Positions 1 to 9,971 are shown, numbered from the stretch's first letter. The stretch is DNA of 32,000 nucleotides from an uncultured archaeon (GCA_964577555.1 CAZNZM010000004.1:1-32000), one strand, 5' to 3'. The notes: generated by a model not told the origin, from the sequence alone. Numbers and translations: made by a program.

Positions 1-157
1 AAAAAAAATAATTAAAAAAAAATGACAAAAAAAGCAGCTAAAACAAAAAAAACAAAATCAATTTAAAAAAAAATAATTAAAAAAAATAAAAAAATGTCTA
101 AAAAAAAACAAATTACCTAAAAACACGACCCGCAAAAAAAATGCTAAAAAAAACTAA
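1..157. repeat. A-rich intergenic repeat, copy 1 of a duplicated block (second copy about 2994-3145)
   Basis: Shares 'ataattaaaaaaaaatgacaaaaaaagcagctaaaacaaaaaaaacaaaatcaatttaaaaaaaa...aatgtctaaaaaaaaacaaattacctaaaaacacgacccgcaaaaaa..atgctaaaaaaaactaaaaaaa' with 2994-3145; copy 1 has about 20 extra nt in the middle. Confidence 0.85.
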
Positions 158-167
158 AAAAATAAAA

Positions 168-1190
168 CTACTTCTTTGAATTTTTACCAACACTAACCCG
201 CTTGGCCTTAACACTCTTGCCAACAAGGGATTTGACAACAGGAGCATATTTTTTCAACAAAGCCGCGACTTCAGAACTATCATAATCCTTCTTCATAATT
301 GTTTTTGCAAGCTCTGAAAGCTCCATTGGAAAAATAAATTTAGTACTTTTGCCTTCGCCAAGCTTTTCAAGAGCGCGAACATAATAATAGGCAAGAGCCT
401 TGTCACTGAGTTGTTCAGCTGCAGCTCTTACAGCTTCTATCTCGGCTTTGTGAGCTTCAGCAGACTCCATGCGCGCAAGCTTTCTTTGAGTAGCGGCTTG
501 CTTCTCATGCATTGAATCAAGCACAGACCTTGGAAGTTGAATATCCTTTATTATAGCTTCCTCAACATTCACGCCCCAATTAACAGCCAAATTCTCAAGC
601 CTCTGCCTAATATCCTTATTAAGCCCCTCAATATCAGATATCAATTCACCCACATTATAAGAACCAGCCTTGTCCCTGATAAGTCCAATCATATACTGCT
701 TTGAAGCCAATACATAATCATCAACTTTAGTAACACTATTTATTATTGACTGATTGTCACTGTTTATCTTCAAATAAACAACAGCATCAACAGTCACTTC
801 AATATTGTCCTTTGTGACAACCTCCTGCTTTGGAATATCAATAGTTTTTGTCCTCAAATCAACCAATATATATTTTTCAAAAGGGGGAAAAACAATAGTC
901 CAACCCGGCCCAGCAACCCTGCTTACCTTTCCAAGAGTAAAAACCACGGCTCTTTCATACTCCAAAAGCTTGAGAATAAAATCATACTTTGCAATCAAAT
1001 AAAGAACCACTACAAGAGGAACAAGCCAATAAAGATTAGCCAACAAAAAACTTTGATACCGAAAAACCAAAAAAGCAACAATAATAATCGCCAAACCCAC
1101 AAAGAAAAAAACATTCCGCTTAAACAAATCATCGCCATTCTTATCTCCATGCACTGAATGACCCGCATTATTATGAACATTGCCCGACAA
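168..1190 (-). CDS. SPFH/band-7 domain membrane protein (stomatin/prohibitin-like)
   Basis: 340 aa; N-terminal hydrophobic helices followed by LEYERAVVFTLGKVSRVAGPGWTIVFPPFEKYILVDLRTKTIDIPKQEVVTKDNIEVTVDAVVYLKI, typical of band-7 proteins. Confidence 0.93.
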   Translation of the reverse strand: MSGNVHNNAGHSVHGDKNGDDLFKRNVFFFVGLAIIIVAFLVFRYQSFLLANLYWLVPLVVVLYLIAKYDFILKLLEYERAVVFTLGKVSRVAGPGWTIVFPPFEKYILVDLRTKTIDIPKQEVVTKDNIEVTVDAVVYLKINSDNQSIINSVTKVDDYVLASKQYMIGLIRDKAGSYNVGELISDIEGLNKDIRQRLENLAVNWGVNVEEAIIKDIQLPRSVLDSMHEKQAATQRKLARMESAEAHKAEIEAVRAAAEQLSDKALAYYYVRALEKLGEGKSTKFIFPMELSELAKTIMKKDYDSSEVAALLKKYAPVVKSLVGKSVKAKRVSVGKNSKK

Positions 1191-1226
1191 AACAAAACGC
1201 CTCTAAATTTATAACCCAAATATCCA

Positions 1227-1237
1227 TTTATATATTA
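1227..1237 (+). promoter_or_regulatory. Probable TATA box for the DUF373 gene
   Basis: tttatatatta about 25 nt upstream of the ATG at 1259, archaeal promoter spacing for a near-leaderless mRNA. Confidence 0.5.
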
Positions 1238-1258
1238 CGTTTTATACAATATGATAAC

Positions 1259-2503
1259 ATGAATAATTCAGAAAACATCTTAGTAGTTAATGTAGATAGA
1301 GACAACGACCTTGGAAAAAAAACAGGAATACAAGGCCCAGTAATTGGCAGAAAAGCATGCATAAAAGCAGCTGCAACACTGGCTCTCAAAGACCCAACAG
1401 AATCAGATGCAAACAGCATATTCGGCGCAGTAAAAAAATACGACGAAATAAAACAACACGCAAACGTTGAAATAGCAATATTAACAGGAGTAGGAAAAAC
1501 AGGATTCGAATCAGACCACAAAATAATAGAACAACTTGAAGCAGTGCTTGAAAAATTCCCAGCCACAGGCTTCGTACTCGTAACAGACGGAGCCGAAGAC
1601 GACCAAATAATCCCAATACTCCAAGGAAAAGGCCAAATAATTTCAAAAGAAACAATAATAGTCAAACAAGCCAACGAAGTGGAAAGCACATACTACACAA
1701 TCAAACAAGCACTACAAGACCCAGACTTTGCCAGAACATTCCTGCTAGTGCCAGGAATAATAATTTTACTATGGGGCATACTCGCATACATAGGACAAGA
1801 AAAACTCTTTTTCACAAGCATGCTACTAATAGGAGGATCATACCTAATACTAAAAGGCAGCGGACTTGAAAACAAAATAGTCGCAGCAATAGAATCATTA
1901 ATAAAAAGCATATCGCTGCAAAGAGTAAGCTTTCCAATATATCTTCTCACAATAATTCTTTTCCTCTTCGGAATATACCAAACAATAATAGAAATAACAA
2001 TAAACAGACCAATAACAATTTCAATATACGAAGCAATAGGGCAAATAATTCTCTATCTTGCCTTAAGCACAATATCTTTTATAATAGGAAAAATAGTTGA
2101 CGCAATACAACTCAAAAAAGCATACTACCTCAGAAAATACTTCCTATCAGGCTCAGCAGTTTTCATAATATGGTTTACACTAGACTCGGCAAGACAAGTA
2201 CTTGCAAACAAACCATACGCAGACTTAAGCTGGTTCGGGCTAAACATGATGGCAGCAACAATACTGGCATACGGAGCATACAAAGTCTCACAACTACTAG
2301 ACATGAGAAAAAAAATAACAAAAATGCTAATAGGCCTGCCAGTTTACAGCAAAGACGGAAAATGGATAGGCAACGTGGAAACAGTAAAGAAAAAACAAGG
2401 AATAGAATACAAATCCAACAAAACAGGAAAAACAAACCAATTACAAACAGGGGAATTCACTCTAAGCGAAGGAAAAATCATAATACAAACAACGCAAAAA
2501 TAA
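1259..2503 (+). CDS. DUF373 family membrane protein
   Basis: 414 aa; N-terminus ILVVNVDRDNDLGKKTGIQGPVIGRKACIKAAATLALKDPTESDANSIFGAVKKYDEI is characteristic of DUF373; multiple TM segments follow. Confidence 0.9.
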   Translation: MNNSENILVVNVDRDNDLGKKTGIQGPVIGRKACIKAAATLALKDPTESDANSIFGAVKKYDEIKQHANVEIAILTGVGKTGFESDHKIIEQLEAVLEKFPATGFVLVTDGAEDDQIIPILQGKGQIISKETIIVKQANEVESTYYTIKQALQDPDFARTFLLVPGIIILLWGILAYIGQEKLFFTSMLLIGGSYLILKGSGLENKIVAAIESLIKSISLQRVSFPIYLLTIILFLFGIYQTIIEITINRPITISIYEAIGQIILYLALSTISFIIGKIVDAIQLKKAYYLRKYFLSGSAVFIIWFTLDSARQVLANKPYADLSWFGLNMMAATILAYGAYKVSQLLDMRKKITKMLIGLPVYSKDGKWIGNVETVKKKQGIEYKSNKTGKTNQLQTGEFTLSEGKIIIQTTQK

Positions 2504-3198
2504 AAATCGGTTTCAAACAAAACAAAACCAAAAACAAAAAAAACTACTACAAAAAAATAATAAAAAATAAAGTTGCCAAAAAAAACAACATTGGCTCAAA
2601 AAAACCAAACCAAAAACAAAAAATAAAAAAAAACGCCAAAAAGAATAAAAAACTACAAAAATTGACTAAAAAAACAAAAAATACGCTAAAAAACAGATTG
2701 ACAAAAAAACAATTCAAAAAAATGGAAAAAAATTGGCTCGCCAAAAAAAAACAAAAAATGACAAAAAAATCAACCAACAAAAAAAAGAATCAAAAAAAAA
2801 AGCAAAAAAAACTAGCCAAAAAAAACAACATTGGCTCAACAAAAAAAACCAAGCCAACAAAAACAAAAAAAAATAAAACAAACCCACAAAAAAAATGGCT
2901 CACAAAAAACAATCACAAAAAAATGACTAGCAATACCGAAAAAAACAAAAAAAAAGCAAATTTAAAAAAAAACATCAAACAAAAAAAACCAAGAAAAAAA
3001 ATAATTAAAAAAAAATGACAAAAAAAGCAGCTAAAACAAAAAAAACAAAATCAATTTAAAAAAAAATGTCTAAAAAAAAACAAATTACCTAAAAACACGA
3101 CCCGCAAAAAATGCTAAAAAAAACTAAAAAAAATTTAAACAAAATAAAGATCAAAAAAAAGAATTTCAAAAATTAAAAAAAAACAAGAAGAAAAAAAA
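2504..3198. repeat. A-rich mosaic repeat region between convergent genes
   Basis: Runs of 6-9 A separated by short words (tggctcgcc, ctagcc, attgac, tggctcac, ctagcaataccg); 2751-2827 recurs at 19121-19197 and 2994-3145 recurs at 1-157. Confidence 0.8.
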
Positions 3199-5136
3199 TC
3201 AGGCAGGACTGACAACCTTGCCAACCTTCAAACCCGACTTTGAACTCCTTCCTTTCAAAGAAATTATTTTATCCAAATCCACAAGAAGCTTACTTTTTTC
3301 AGGACAATCCAAAAAAGCGTTTTCAAGAACATCATAAATTGAAGAAACAGGAACAAGCTTTATTTTTTTCAAATAATCAGCAGGCAACACAATATCACCA
3401 ACATTCGATTTTGGAATAATCACTTCCTTAAAACCTGCATTTATCGCAGCAAGAACTTTTGCAGAAACACCCCCAACAGGCAAAACCTCGCCCCTCACAC
3501 TCAAAGAACCAGTCATTGCAAGACTTTGCTTTACAGGAATCCTTTCCAAAGCAGAAATAACTGCAGTAGCAACACTCACTGAAGCCGAATCACCTTCGAC
3601 ACCACTATAAGACTGCAAAAACTGAATATGCAAATCATGTCTAGAAATATCCTTTCCAGAAAGCTTCTTAACCAAAGCAGAAACATTCTGAACCGCTTCC
3701 CTAGCAATTTCACCAAGTTTCCCAGTGGCAATAAGTTTGCCTTCAGCACTAGATTGCGCAGGAGCTATTTCAGCCTCAATAGGCATTACAAGCCCAGCAT
3801 CACCATCAGCCATAACAGCAAGCCCATTAACCCTGCCAACAGCAAAGCCCTCACTCAAATAAACATCATAATCCTTCTTCTCCTCAATCATCTTATTCAC
3901 GATTTGCTGCTCAAGAGTCCTAGCACTCATTTTAGCCTCAATAACATCCTGCCTTAAAACAAGCTCATGCCCCTTCTCCTTAGCAATATCGCCAGCGGCC
4001 CTTACAAGACCGCCCAAATCCCTCAACTTCAAAGTAAGCTTATTCTTCCTGCCAGCGCGCCTTCTCGCCTCAAAAATAATCTCATCAACAGCATCCATTG
4101 AAAAATGAGGAATCTTACCATCCTTTTTGACTTCCTGAGCAACAAACTGAACAAGCTTCTTCCTATTAACTTCATTATCATCAACATCAATATTCATGTA
4201 AATCTCATAACCATAACCCCTAATACGAGAACGAAGAGCAGGATGAACCTTTTCCAAATCATGATAATTCCCAGCAGCTACAAGAACAAAATCACAAGGA
4301 ATCGGCTCAGTACGAGTCATGGCGCCAGAACTTAACTCGCTCTGCCCAGTAATAGAATATTTCTTCTCCTGCATTGCAGTAAGAAGCTCCTGCTGAGACT
4401 TTTGAGACAAAGTAGCAATCTCATCAATAAAAAGAACACCACCGCTTGCACGATGAATCATGCCAGGCTCAACACGAAGATGAGCAGGCGTACCAAGACC
4501 TCCACTCTGCAAAGGATCATGCCTAACATCGCCAAGCAAAGAACCAGCCCTCGCACCAGTAGCATCAAAAAAAGGAGCAACCTTTTTACCAGCATTATTA
4601 ATAAGCAATTTAGGAATAGCAACACCAGAACGCATCTTCATCTGAGAACCAAGCACAAAACCAATCATCAAAAAAGCCCCAACAATAAGCGTAGCAGCAT
4701 AAACAACATCAGGAATAAACTTGAGCTGCCAAACAACCCAACTAAGAATAAACCAACCAAAAGGAAGAATCATGCCCAAAAGCCTAGCATTATCATCCTG
4801 AGCCTTAGCCTCAAGCTTTGCTTGTTCAACAATCCTCTGCCCTTCGCCAGCACGAACAACACGCACAAGAGGATTATTCTGGTCATCATCATTAGGATAA
4901 ATAAGCACATCATTAAGCTTATTCAAAGGCATAATCTCAGCCATAGCCTTTGCCAAAAGAGACTTGCCAGTGCCAGGCTGACCAACCAAAAGCACATTCC
5001 TTTTCTGTGCAGCAGCCTTGCGAATAAGTTCAACAGACTTATCCTGCCCAATAACCTGATCAATCAAAAGCTTAGGAACTTCAACATCAGCAGTTGACTT
5101 TATATCCTTCAACTTCACATTTTTAGACTTTGACAT
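3199..5136 (-). CDS. lonB: Archaeal ATP-dependent protease LonB (membrane-anchored Lon)
   Basis: 645 aa; Walker [20 protein letters not shown], two TM helices inserted before [12 protein letters not shown] Walker B, and Lon protease domain [57 protein letters not shown]. Confidence 0.97.
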   Translation of the reverse strand: MSKSKNVKLKDIKSTADVEVPKLLIDQVIGQDKSVELIRKAAAQKRNVLLVGQPGTGKSLLAKAMAEIMPLNKLNDVLIYPNDDDQNNPLVRVVRAGEGQRIVEQAKLEAKAQDDNARLLGMILPFGWFILSWVVWQLKFIPDVVYAATLIVGAFLMIGFVLGSQMKMRSGVAIPKLLINNAGKKVAPFFDATGARAGSLLGDVRHDPLQSGGLGTPAHLRVEPGMIHRASGGVLFIDEIATLSQKSQQELLTAMQEKKYSITGQSELSSGAMTRTEPIPCDFVLVAAGNYHDLEKVHPALRSRIRGYGYEIYMNIDVDDNEVNRKKLVQFVAQEVKKDGKIPHFSMDAVDEIIFEARRRAGRKNKLTLKLRDLGGLVRAAGDIAKEKGHELVLRQDVIEAKMSARTLEQQIVNKMIEEKKDYDVYLSEGFAVGRVNGLAVMADGDAGLVMPIEAEIAPAQSSAEGKLIATGKLGEIAREAVQNVSALVKKLSGKDISRHDLHIQFLQSYSGVEGDSASVSVATAVISALERIPVKQSLAMTGSLSVRGEVLPVGGVSAKVLAAINAGFKEVIIPKSNVGDIVLPADYLKKIKLVPVSSIYDVLENAFLDCPEKSKLLVDLDKIISLKGRSSKSGLKVGKVVSPA

Positions 5137-5191
5137 ACAAAAGAATAAGCAAGAGAATAATTAAAATAACTTATCAAATGCTAAAAAACAA

Positions 5192-5761
5192 CTAAATTCT
5201 TGCAGATTTTCCAAAATAACCTCTCCTCTTTATTTTCTCGGTCTCAAAACGCAAATAACCAGGCAAATTAAACTTTCTAGGATCCAAATTTGAACCAACA
5301 ACATCCAATTTCCGATTAACAAAAACATACTTGTAATTAGTAATCAAATAATAAAAACCAAAAGCAACTAATTTTTCTTTTTCTGATGAAAAACCCGGAG
5401 AACCTACATCAAAAGGGCCAGGATCAAAATACTTTTTAACAGCAAAATAATAATCAGTCAATTCACGAGCAACAGCCAAAGCATTAGACCTCACAATCCT
5501 ATTACCTCTCTTAAAACCTTTAATAACACCAAAAACACCCCCCAACATAGTTCCCAAAAGACTCGCACCAACCTTATACTTTTCAGGAAAAGAAAAATGC
5601 ACAACCGGAAGACTTCCAACAGCAGAAAAACCGGCGCCAATAACACCAGCATACTTTGCAGATTCATACCTATCCAAACGAGCACCTCTCAACTGATCAA
5701 GAACAGAAACAAGTTTTACAGGCAACTCGCCAACAAGAACCCTTTTTACCTTGCGAGACAT
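5192..5761 (-). CDS. Hypothetical protein with Gly-rich hydrophobic segments
   Basis: ORF track 5192..5773; preferred start MSRKVKRVLVGEL at 5761. No family recognised. Confidence 0.7.
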   Translation of the reverse strand: MSRKVKRVLVGELPVKLVSVLDQLRGARLDRYESAKYAGVIGAGFSAVGSLPVVHFSFPEKYKVGASLLGTMLGGVFGVIKGFKRGNRIVRSNALAVARELTDYYFAVKKYFDPGPFDVGSPGFSSEKEKLVAFGFYYLITNYKYVFVNRKLDVVGSNLDPRKFNLPGYLRFETEKIKRRGYFGKSARI

Positions 5762-5824
5762 AAAAAAAACCAAAACAATAAAAACAAATCAAAAATAATA
5801 AACTTTCGACAAAAAATACTAAAA

Positions 5825-6721
5825 TTACTCGCTAATCTTCAATGCATGCCTAACAACGCTTCTTACAAAAGCAACTATTTCCTTCTCATCTCCCTTTTTC
5901 AAAAGCCTTAAAAAATTCTTGGAAAAAACCATTTTCCTAAACGCAGAATCATGAATTGCGCCACCATACTTGCCCCTGCCAACAAAAACAAGGCGTTTAA
6001 ACACAGGATTTCTAACCAAAAAAACAAAAATGGGATAAGAAAACAAATTCCTAAAATCATCATACTTAAGCGCACTCCTCACATTCGAATCACCAAACAC
6101 TTCCAACAAAACAGGATTAGCAAAATCAACCTTTACTTTATCATAAAGAAAATTTACAAAATCATGATCCTGAACCACGCCTCTAACTTCAGGATAACCA
6201 AGCAACTTTACAACCACAGGATAAGCAAGAGACTTTATAAATTCAGGATAACGAAGAGCCTTAACAACCTCAGGATAACAAAGCACCGCCCTAAACCCAG
6301 AATCATTAAGAGCAATTATAAATTCAGGATAACGAAGAGCAGCCCTAACATTACTATTATCAAGCAAATTTAAAAAATCGGAATCGCGAAGAGCAGCCCT
6401 GAACTCGCTATATTGAAGAGCATTGACAAACTCAGAATAACGAAGCAAAATCCTTGCCTTAGGATTAAGAAAAAAATCCAAAACACTATTATCATTAACA
6501 AGCAATTTTACAAATTTAGAATCGCCAAGCAACCTCCTAAACTCAGAAGAACCAAGCAACCTTAAAAAATTAGAATTATTAAGCAAATATAACGCCTTGG
6601 GATTGCGAAACAACACCGCTCCAAGCTTAGGATAACGCTGCAAAAACTTAGCAAAATAACTAACTCTCCCTCTTCCGCGCTTTCCTTTTAAATTTCTTTG
6701 TTCTGCTCGCCTTGAAATCAT
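5825..6721 (-). CDS. Nonapeptide-repeat protein of unknown function
   Basis: ORF 5825..6742; likely start MISRRAEQRN at 6721. Contains consecutive 9-aa units such as FRAALRDSD/FLNLLDNSN/VRAALRYPE/FIIALNDSG/FRAVLCYPE/VVKALRYPE. Confidence 0.85.
   Translation of the reverse strand: MISRRAEQRNLKGKRGRGRVSYFAKFLQRYPKLGAVLFRNPKALYLLNNSNFLRLLGSSEFRRLLGDSKFVKLLVNDNSVLDFFLNPKARILLRYSEFVNALQYSEFRAALRDSDFLNLLDNSNVRAALRYPEFIIALNDSGFRAVLCYPEVVKALRYPEFIKSLAYPVVVKLLGYPEVRGVVQDHDFVNFLYDKVKVDFANPVLLEVFGDSNVRSALKYDDFRNLFSYPIFVFLVRNPVFKRLVFVGRGKYGGAIHDSAFRKMVFSKNFLRLLKKGDEKEIVAFVRSVVRHALKISE
6161..6430 (-). repeat. Ten consecutive 27-nt/9-aa coding repeats, consensus [FV]xxALxYPE
   Basis: Residues 105-194 of the track ORF divide exactly into ten 9-residue units; degenerate flanking units extend over about 5894-6655. 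Confidence 0.85.
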
Positions 6722-6931
6722 AAAACACCAACTCAAAAACAATTAATTACAATTAATTAAATCTGCAACACTTATAAATTCATTTTCACAAAAAAAAATT
6801 TCAAAAACCTCCAAAACAAAAACAAATTATAAAAGAACCAAAAAAAAACATTTTTGACAATTAAACAACAAAAAAACCTTTCAAAAGCAAAAAAGGGTGG
6901 TTTTTAATTTTAAAGCCAAGAAAATTATAAT

Positions 6932-7846
6932 ATGACGGACAAAATAAAAGTTGTTTTTCTTGGAACAAGCGCAAGCACGCCGACAAAAGAAAGAAACCTA
7001 AGCAGCATAGCCATTAGATTCGAAGGGGAATGGCTCTTATTCGACATACCGGAAGGCACACAAAGACAAATGATGAAAGCAAAAGTCAGTTACTTGAAAA
7101 TAAACAATATTTTCATCTCACACTTCCACGCAGACCACTTCTTAGGATTAGGCGGATTGCTCGCAACAATGAACATACATGGAAGAGACTGGCCGCTCAC
7201 AATATACGGGCCAAAAGGAATACAAGAAAAAGTAAAACAAACATTGGAATTGGCAATGCTTGAACCACTATTTGAAATAAAATGCATAGAAGTCAAAAAA
7301 GGAAAAATACTTGAAAGAAAAAAATACTTCATAGAAGCATTTCCATTAAAACACGAAATAAACTGCTTTGGATACTTTTTCAAAGAAACAGACAAAAAAG
7401 GAGAATTCAACAGACAAAAAGCAATAGAATTAGGCATACCAATAGGCCCTTTATTCAGAGAACTCCAAGAAGGCAAAAAAATAAAAGTGAACGGAAAAAT
7501 AATAAAACCAGAAGAAGTACTAGATGAAACCAAAGGAAGAAAAGGAAAAAAAATATCAATAGTGTTCGACACACTACCAACAAAACAATACTACAAAGCA
7601 ATAGAAGAATCCGACATACTAATCCACGAATCCTCTTTTTTGGAAGAAAAATCAAGCAGAGCAAAAGAAACAATGCACACAACAGCATTGCAAGCAGGGC
7701 AAATCGCAAAAGAAACAAAATGCAAAAAACTAATACTCACACATCTAAGCGCAAGACACAAAGAATCGGATAAATTTGAAAACGAAGCAAGAAAAGAATT
7801 CCACAACGCAATAGTGGCAAAAGACCTCATGGAAATAGAAATTTAA
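6932..7846 (+). CDS. rnz: Ribonuclease Z (tRNA 3' endonuclease)
   Basis: 304 aa; VVFLGTSASTPTKERNLSSIAIRFEGEWLLFDIPEGTQRQM, HFHADHFLGLGG, and C-terminal LILTHLSARH motifs. Confidence 0.97.
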   Translation: MTDKIKVVFLGTSASTPTKERNLSSIAIRFEGEWLLFDIPEGTQRQMMKAKVSYLKINNIFISHFHADHFLGLGGLLATMNIHGRDWPLTIYGPKGIQEKVKQTLELAMLEPLFEIKCIEVKKGKILERKKYFIEAFPLKHEINCFGYFFKETDKKGEFNRQKAIELGIPIGPLFRELQEGKKIKVNGKIIKPEEVLDETKGRKGKKISIVFDTLPTKQYYKAIEESDILIHESSFLEEKSSRAKETMHTTALQAGQIAKETKCKKLILTHLSARHKESDKFENEARKEFHNAIVAKDLMEIEI

Positions 7847-8020
7847 AACGAAAAAAAAAGCTCACAAAAAAATACCAAAAAAAACAGCTAGCCAAAAAAA
7901 AATTTATGACACAACAAAAATAAGCATACTAAAAAAACAAGTTTACAAAAAAATTTTAATGACAAAACAAAAGACAAAAAAAACAAATTACAATTAAAAA
8001 AACAAAAATCGCCAAAAAAT

Positions 8021-8200
8021 TGGCTCACAAAAAAAACAACTTGACAAAAAAATGCCAAAAAAAAACAATGACAAAAAAAATGGCTCACAAAAAAAACAAC
8101 TTGACAAAAAAATGCCAAAAAAAACAATGACAAAAAAAATGGCTCACAAAAAAAACAACTTGACAAAAAAATGCCAAAAAAAACAATGACAAAAAAATGG
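8021..8200. repeat. ~60-bp tandem repeat array (about three units)
   Basis: Unit ttgacaaaaaaatgccaaaaaaaacaatgacaaaaaaaatggctcacaaaaaaaacaac at 8041-8100, 8101-8159 and partial from 8160; preceding half-unit 8021-8040. Confidence 0.92.
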
Positions 8201-8228
8201 CTAGCAATACCGAAAAAAACAAAAAAAA

Positions 8229-8372
8229 GCAAAAAAAAGCTAGTCAAAAAAAACAATTAAAAAAAATAAATTGACTTGAAAAACAAACAATAAAAAAAAT
8301 AAAAAAAACAGCCAAGAAAAAAAACAGCCCGCCAAAAAAAACAATTAAAAATATAGAAAAAATTGGCTCAAA
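8229..8372. repeat. Dispersed A-rich repeat block, recurs at about 19171-19327
   Basis: Shared 'gctag(t/c)caaaaaaa..caattaaaaaaaataaattgacttgaaaaacaaacaataaaaaaaataaaaaaaacagccaagaaaaaaaa...cagc(c/t)cgccaaaaaaaacaattaaaa...atatagaaaaaat(t/c)ggctca'. Confidence 0.88.
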
Positions 8373-8449
8373 AAAAACATTAATTAAAGAGAAACGAATT
8401 ATTTAATCTTTCAAAAAACAAATAAATTAATACCAAAAAAGTGTTTTAT

Positions 8450-9172
8450 ATGCAAGCAGTAATATTCGCAGCAGGAAAAGGAATAAGGCTAAAGCCAATA
8501 ACAGACATAATCCCAAAATGCATGGTAAAAGTAAAAGGAAAACCAATGATGGAATGGATACTTGACACAATAATACCATTAGGCATTGAAGAAATATACC
8601 TGATAGTTGGATACAAAAAAGAAATAATTGAAAACCACTTTGGCGCGGAATACAAAGGAACAAAAATAAACTACATAGTCCAAAAAGAACAAATGGGCAC
8701 TGCACACGCCCTAAGCCTTGCAGAAAAATTTGTAAAAAAAACTTTTTTAGTAATAAACTCAGACGTCTTGATAGGCAAAAACGACATGAAAAAAGCAATA
8801 GAAACAGACGAGTTCGACCAAGCAGACGCAATAATACTTGGCAAAAAAGTGACAAACCCGTGGAGATTCGGAGTCCTGAAAACCCAAGGCAACAAAATAA
8901 TAGACATAGTTGAAAAACCAAGAATAGGCGAAGAACCAAGCAACTTAATAAACTCAGGCATCTACAGATTCAACCAAGACATTTTCAAAGCAATAAAAGA
9001 AACAAACAAGTCAATCAGAGGGGAATTCGAACTTGTAGAATCAATAAAAAAATACATTGCAAAAGGAAAAAATGTTGAATACAGAATGATTGAAGGAATG
9101 TTCATACACGTCTCCGACATAGAAGACCTAAAAAAAGCAAATTCAATACCTGACAACGAATTCTTGGCTTAA
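8450..9172 (+). CDS. Sugar-phosphate nucleotidyltransferase (glucose-1-phosphate thymidylyltransferase-like)
   Basis: MQAVIFAAGKGIRLKPITDIIPKCMVKVKGKPMMEWILD NTP-transferase signature; start chosen at 8450 within ORF 8441..9172. Confidence 0.92.
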   Translation: MQAVIFAAGKGIRLKPITDIIPKCMVKVKGKPMMEWILDTIIPLGIEEIYLIVGYKKEIIENHFGAEYKGTKINYIVQKEQMGTAHALSLAEKFVKKTFLVINSDVLIGKNDMKKAIETDEFDQADAIILGKKVTNPWRFGVLKTQGNKIIDIVEKPRIGEEPSNLINSGIYRFNQDIFKAIKETNKSIRGEFELVESIKKYIAKGKNVEYRMIEGMFIHVSDIEDLKKANSIPDNEFLA

Positions 9173-9178
9173 AAAAAA

Positions 9179-9862
9179 TCAAAACTTGAAAACCTGACCA
9201 GGCTTAAGAATAACAGGCACAGTCTTCAAAACGCTCTTCTCAATGCGATACTTGAAATCAAGAGGATCAGCCATTATAGTGTCAAAAGAATTATAATGCA
9301 TGGGAATAACATATTTAGGCTTCATCGTTTTGGTGGCTTTTACAGCATCAATCACATCCATTGTAGAATTGCCACCAATAGGAAGTATTGCCACATCACT
9401 CTTTACAGAGGAAAAAGAATCAAGCAAAGAAGTATTGCCCGCAAAATAAACAGACTCCCCATCTTTTGAAAAACAAAAACTAATAGGATAAAACGAATTA
9501 GGATAATGAGCCTCCTTGATCTCAATCTTCAAACCCTTATAAGTGAAAACATCACCAGACATGACCTTATGCTTGAGCCCTGAAGAAATTTTCAACTCGT
9601 TAAGAACAGATTCATGAGCAACCACAACCGAATTATCCCTTTTAGCAATAGTCTCAACCAATTTTTTATCAAAATGATCAAAATGCTCATTGCTAACACA
9701 AATCAAATCAATCCACTTAAGCTTATTCACACCAACAGGACACCTCAAATTAACCTTAAAATTCAAATCGCCTTGCGGAACCTCCATAAAAGGATCCACC
9801 AAAACATCAACACCATTGAATGAAAGGCGAAAAAACGAATGCCACAAATACTGTATCTTCAT
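9179..9862 (-). CDS. Metallo-beta-lactamase-fold metal-dependent hydrolase (UlaG/UPF0173-like)
   Basis: MKIQYLWHSFFRLSFNGVDVLVDPF, CVSNEHFDHFDKK, YFAGNTSLLDSF, PKYVIPMHYNSFDTI; start chosen at 9862. Confidence 0.88.
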   Translation of the reverse strand: MKIQYLWHSFFRLSFNGVDVLVDPFMEVPQGDLNFKVNLRCPVGVNKLKWIDLICVSNEHFDHFDKKLVETIAKRDNSVVVAHESVLNELKISSGLKHKVMSGDVFTYKGLKIEIKEAHYPNSFYPISFCFSKDGESVYFAGNTSLLDSFSSVKSDVAILPIGGNSTMDVIDAVKATKTMKPKYVIPMHYNSFDTIMADPLDFKYRIEKSVLKTVPVILKPGQVFKF

Positions 9863-9971
9863 CAAATCTATATAGAAAAACAATTCTTTTGTATTTATAT
9901 CTTTTCATGCTGATCAAATACAGCGAAACCTCAAAAAAATATTTATAATAACATAAACACCAAAGTCCTAT

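Noticed and set aside
2170-3018. 282-aa + strand ORF, Lys/Asn-rich
   Set aside because: Starts out of frame inside the DUF373 gene and then reads through the A-rich mosaic repeats; pure low-complexity KKKN translation with no domain.
3628-5097. Plus-strand ORFs opposite lonB (3628..3957, 4105..4335, 4402..5097)
   Set aside because: Antisense to a confidently identified gene. Low T/G content on + reduces stop codons and yields spurious N/I/T/K-rich ORFs.
8041-8200. Possible CRISPR array
   Set aside because: The repeats are contiguous 60-bp tandem units without unique spacers, and no cas genes are present.
7888-8256. 122-aa minus ORF with 20-aa tandem repeats (FFCHCFFLAFFCQVVFFVSH)
   Set aside because: It is simply the minus translation of the 60-bp tandem array (60 nt = 20 codons); Phe/Cys-only composition and no start context. 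Treated as DNA repeats, not a protein.
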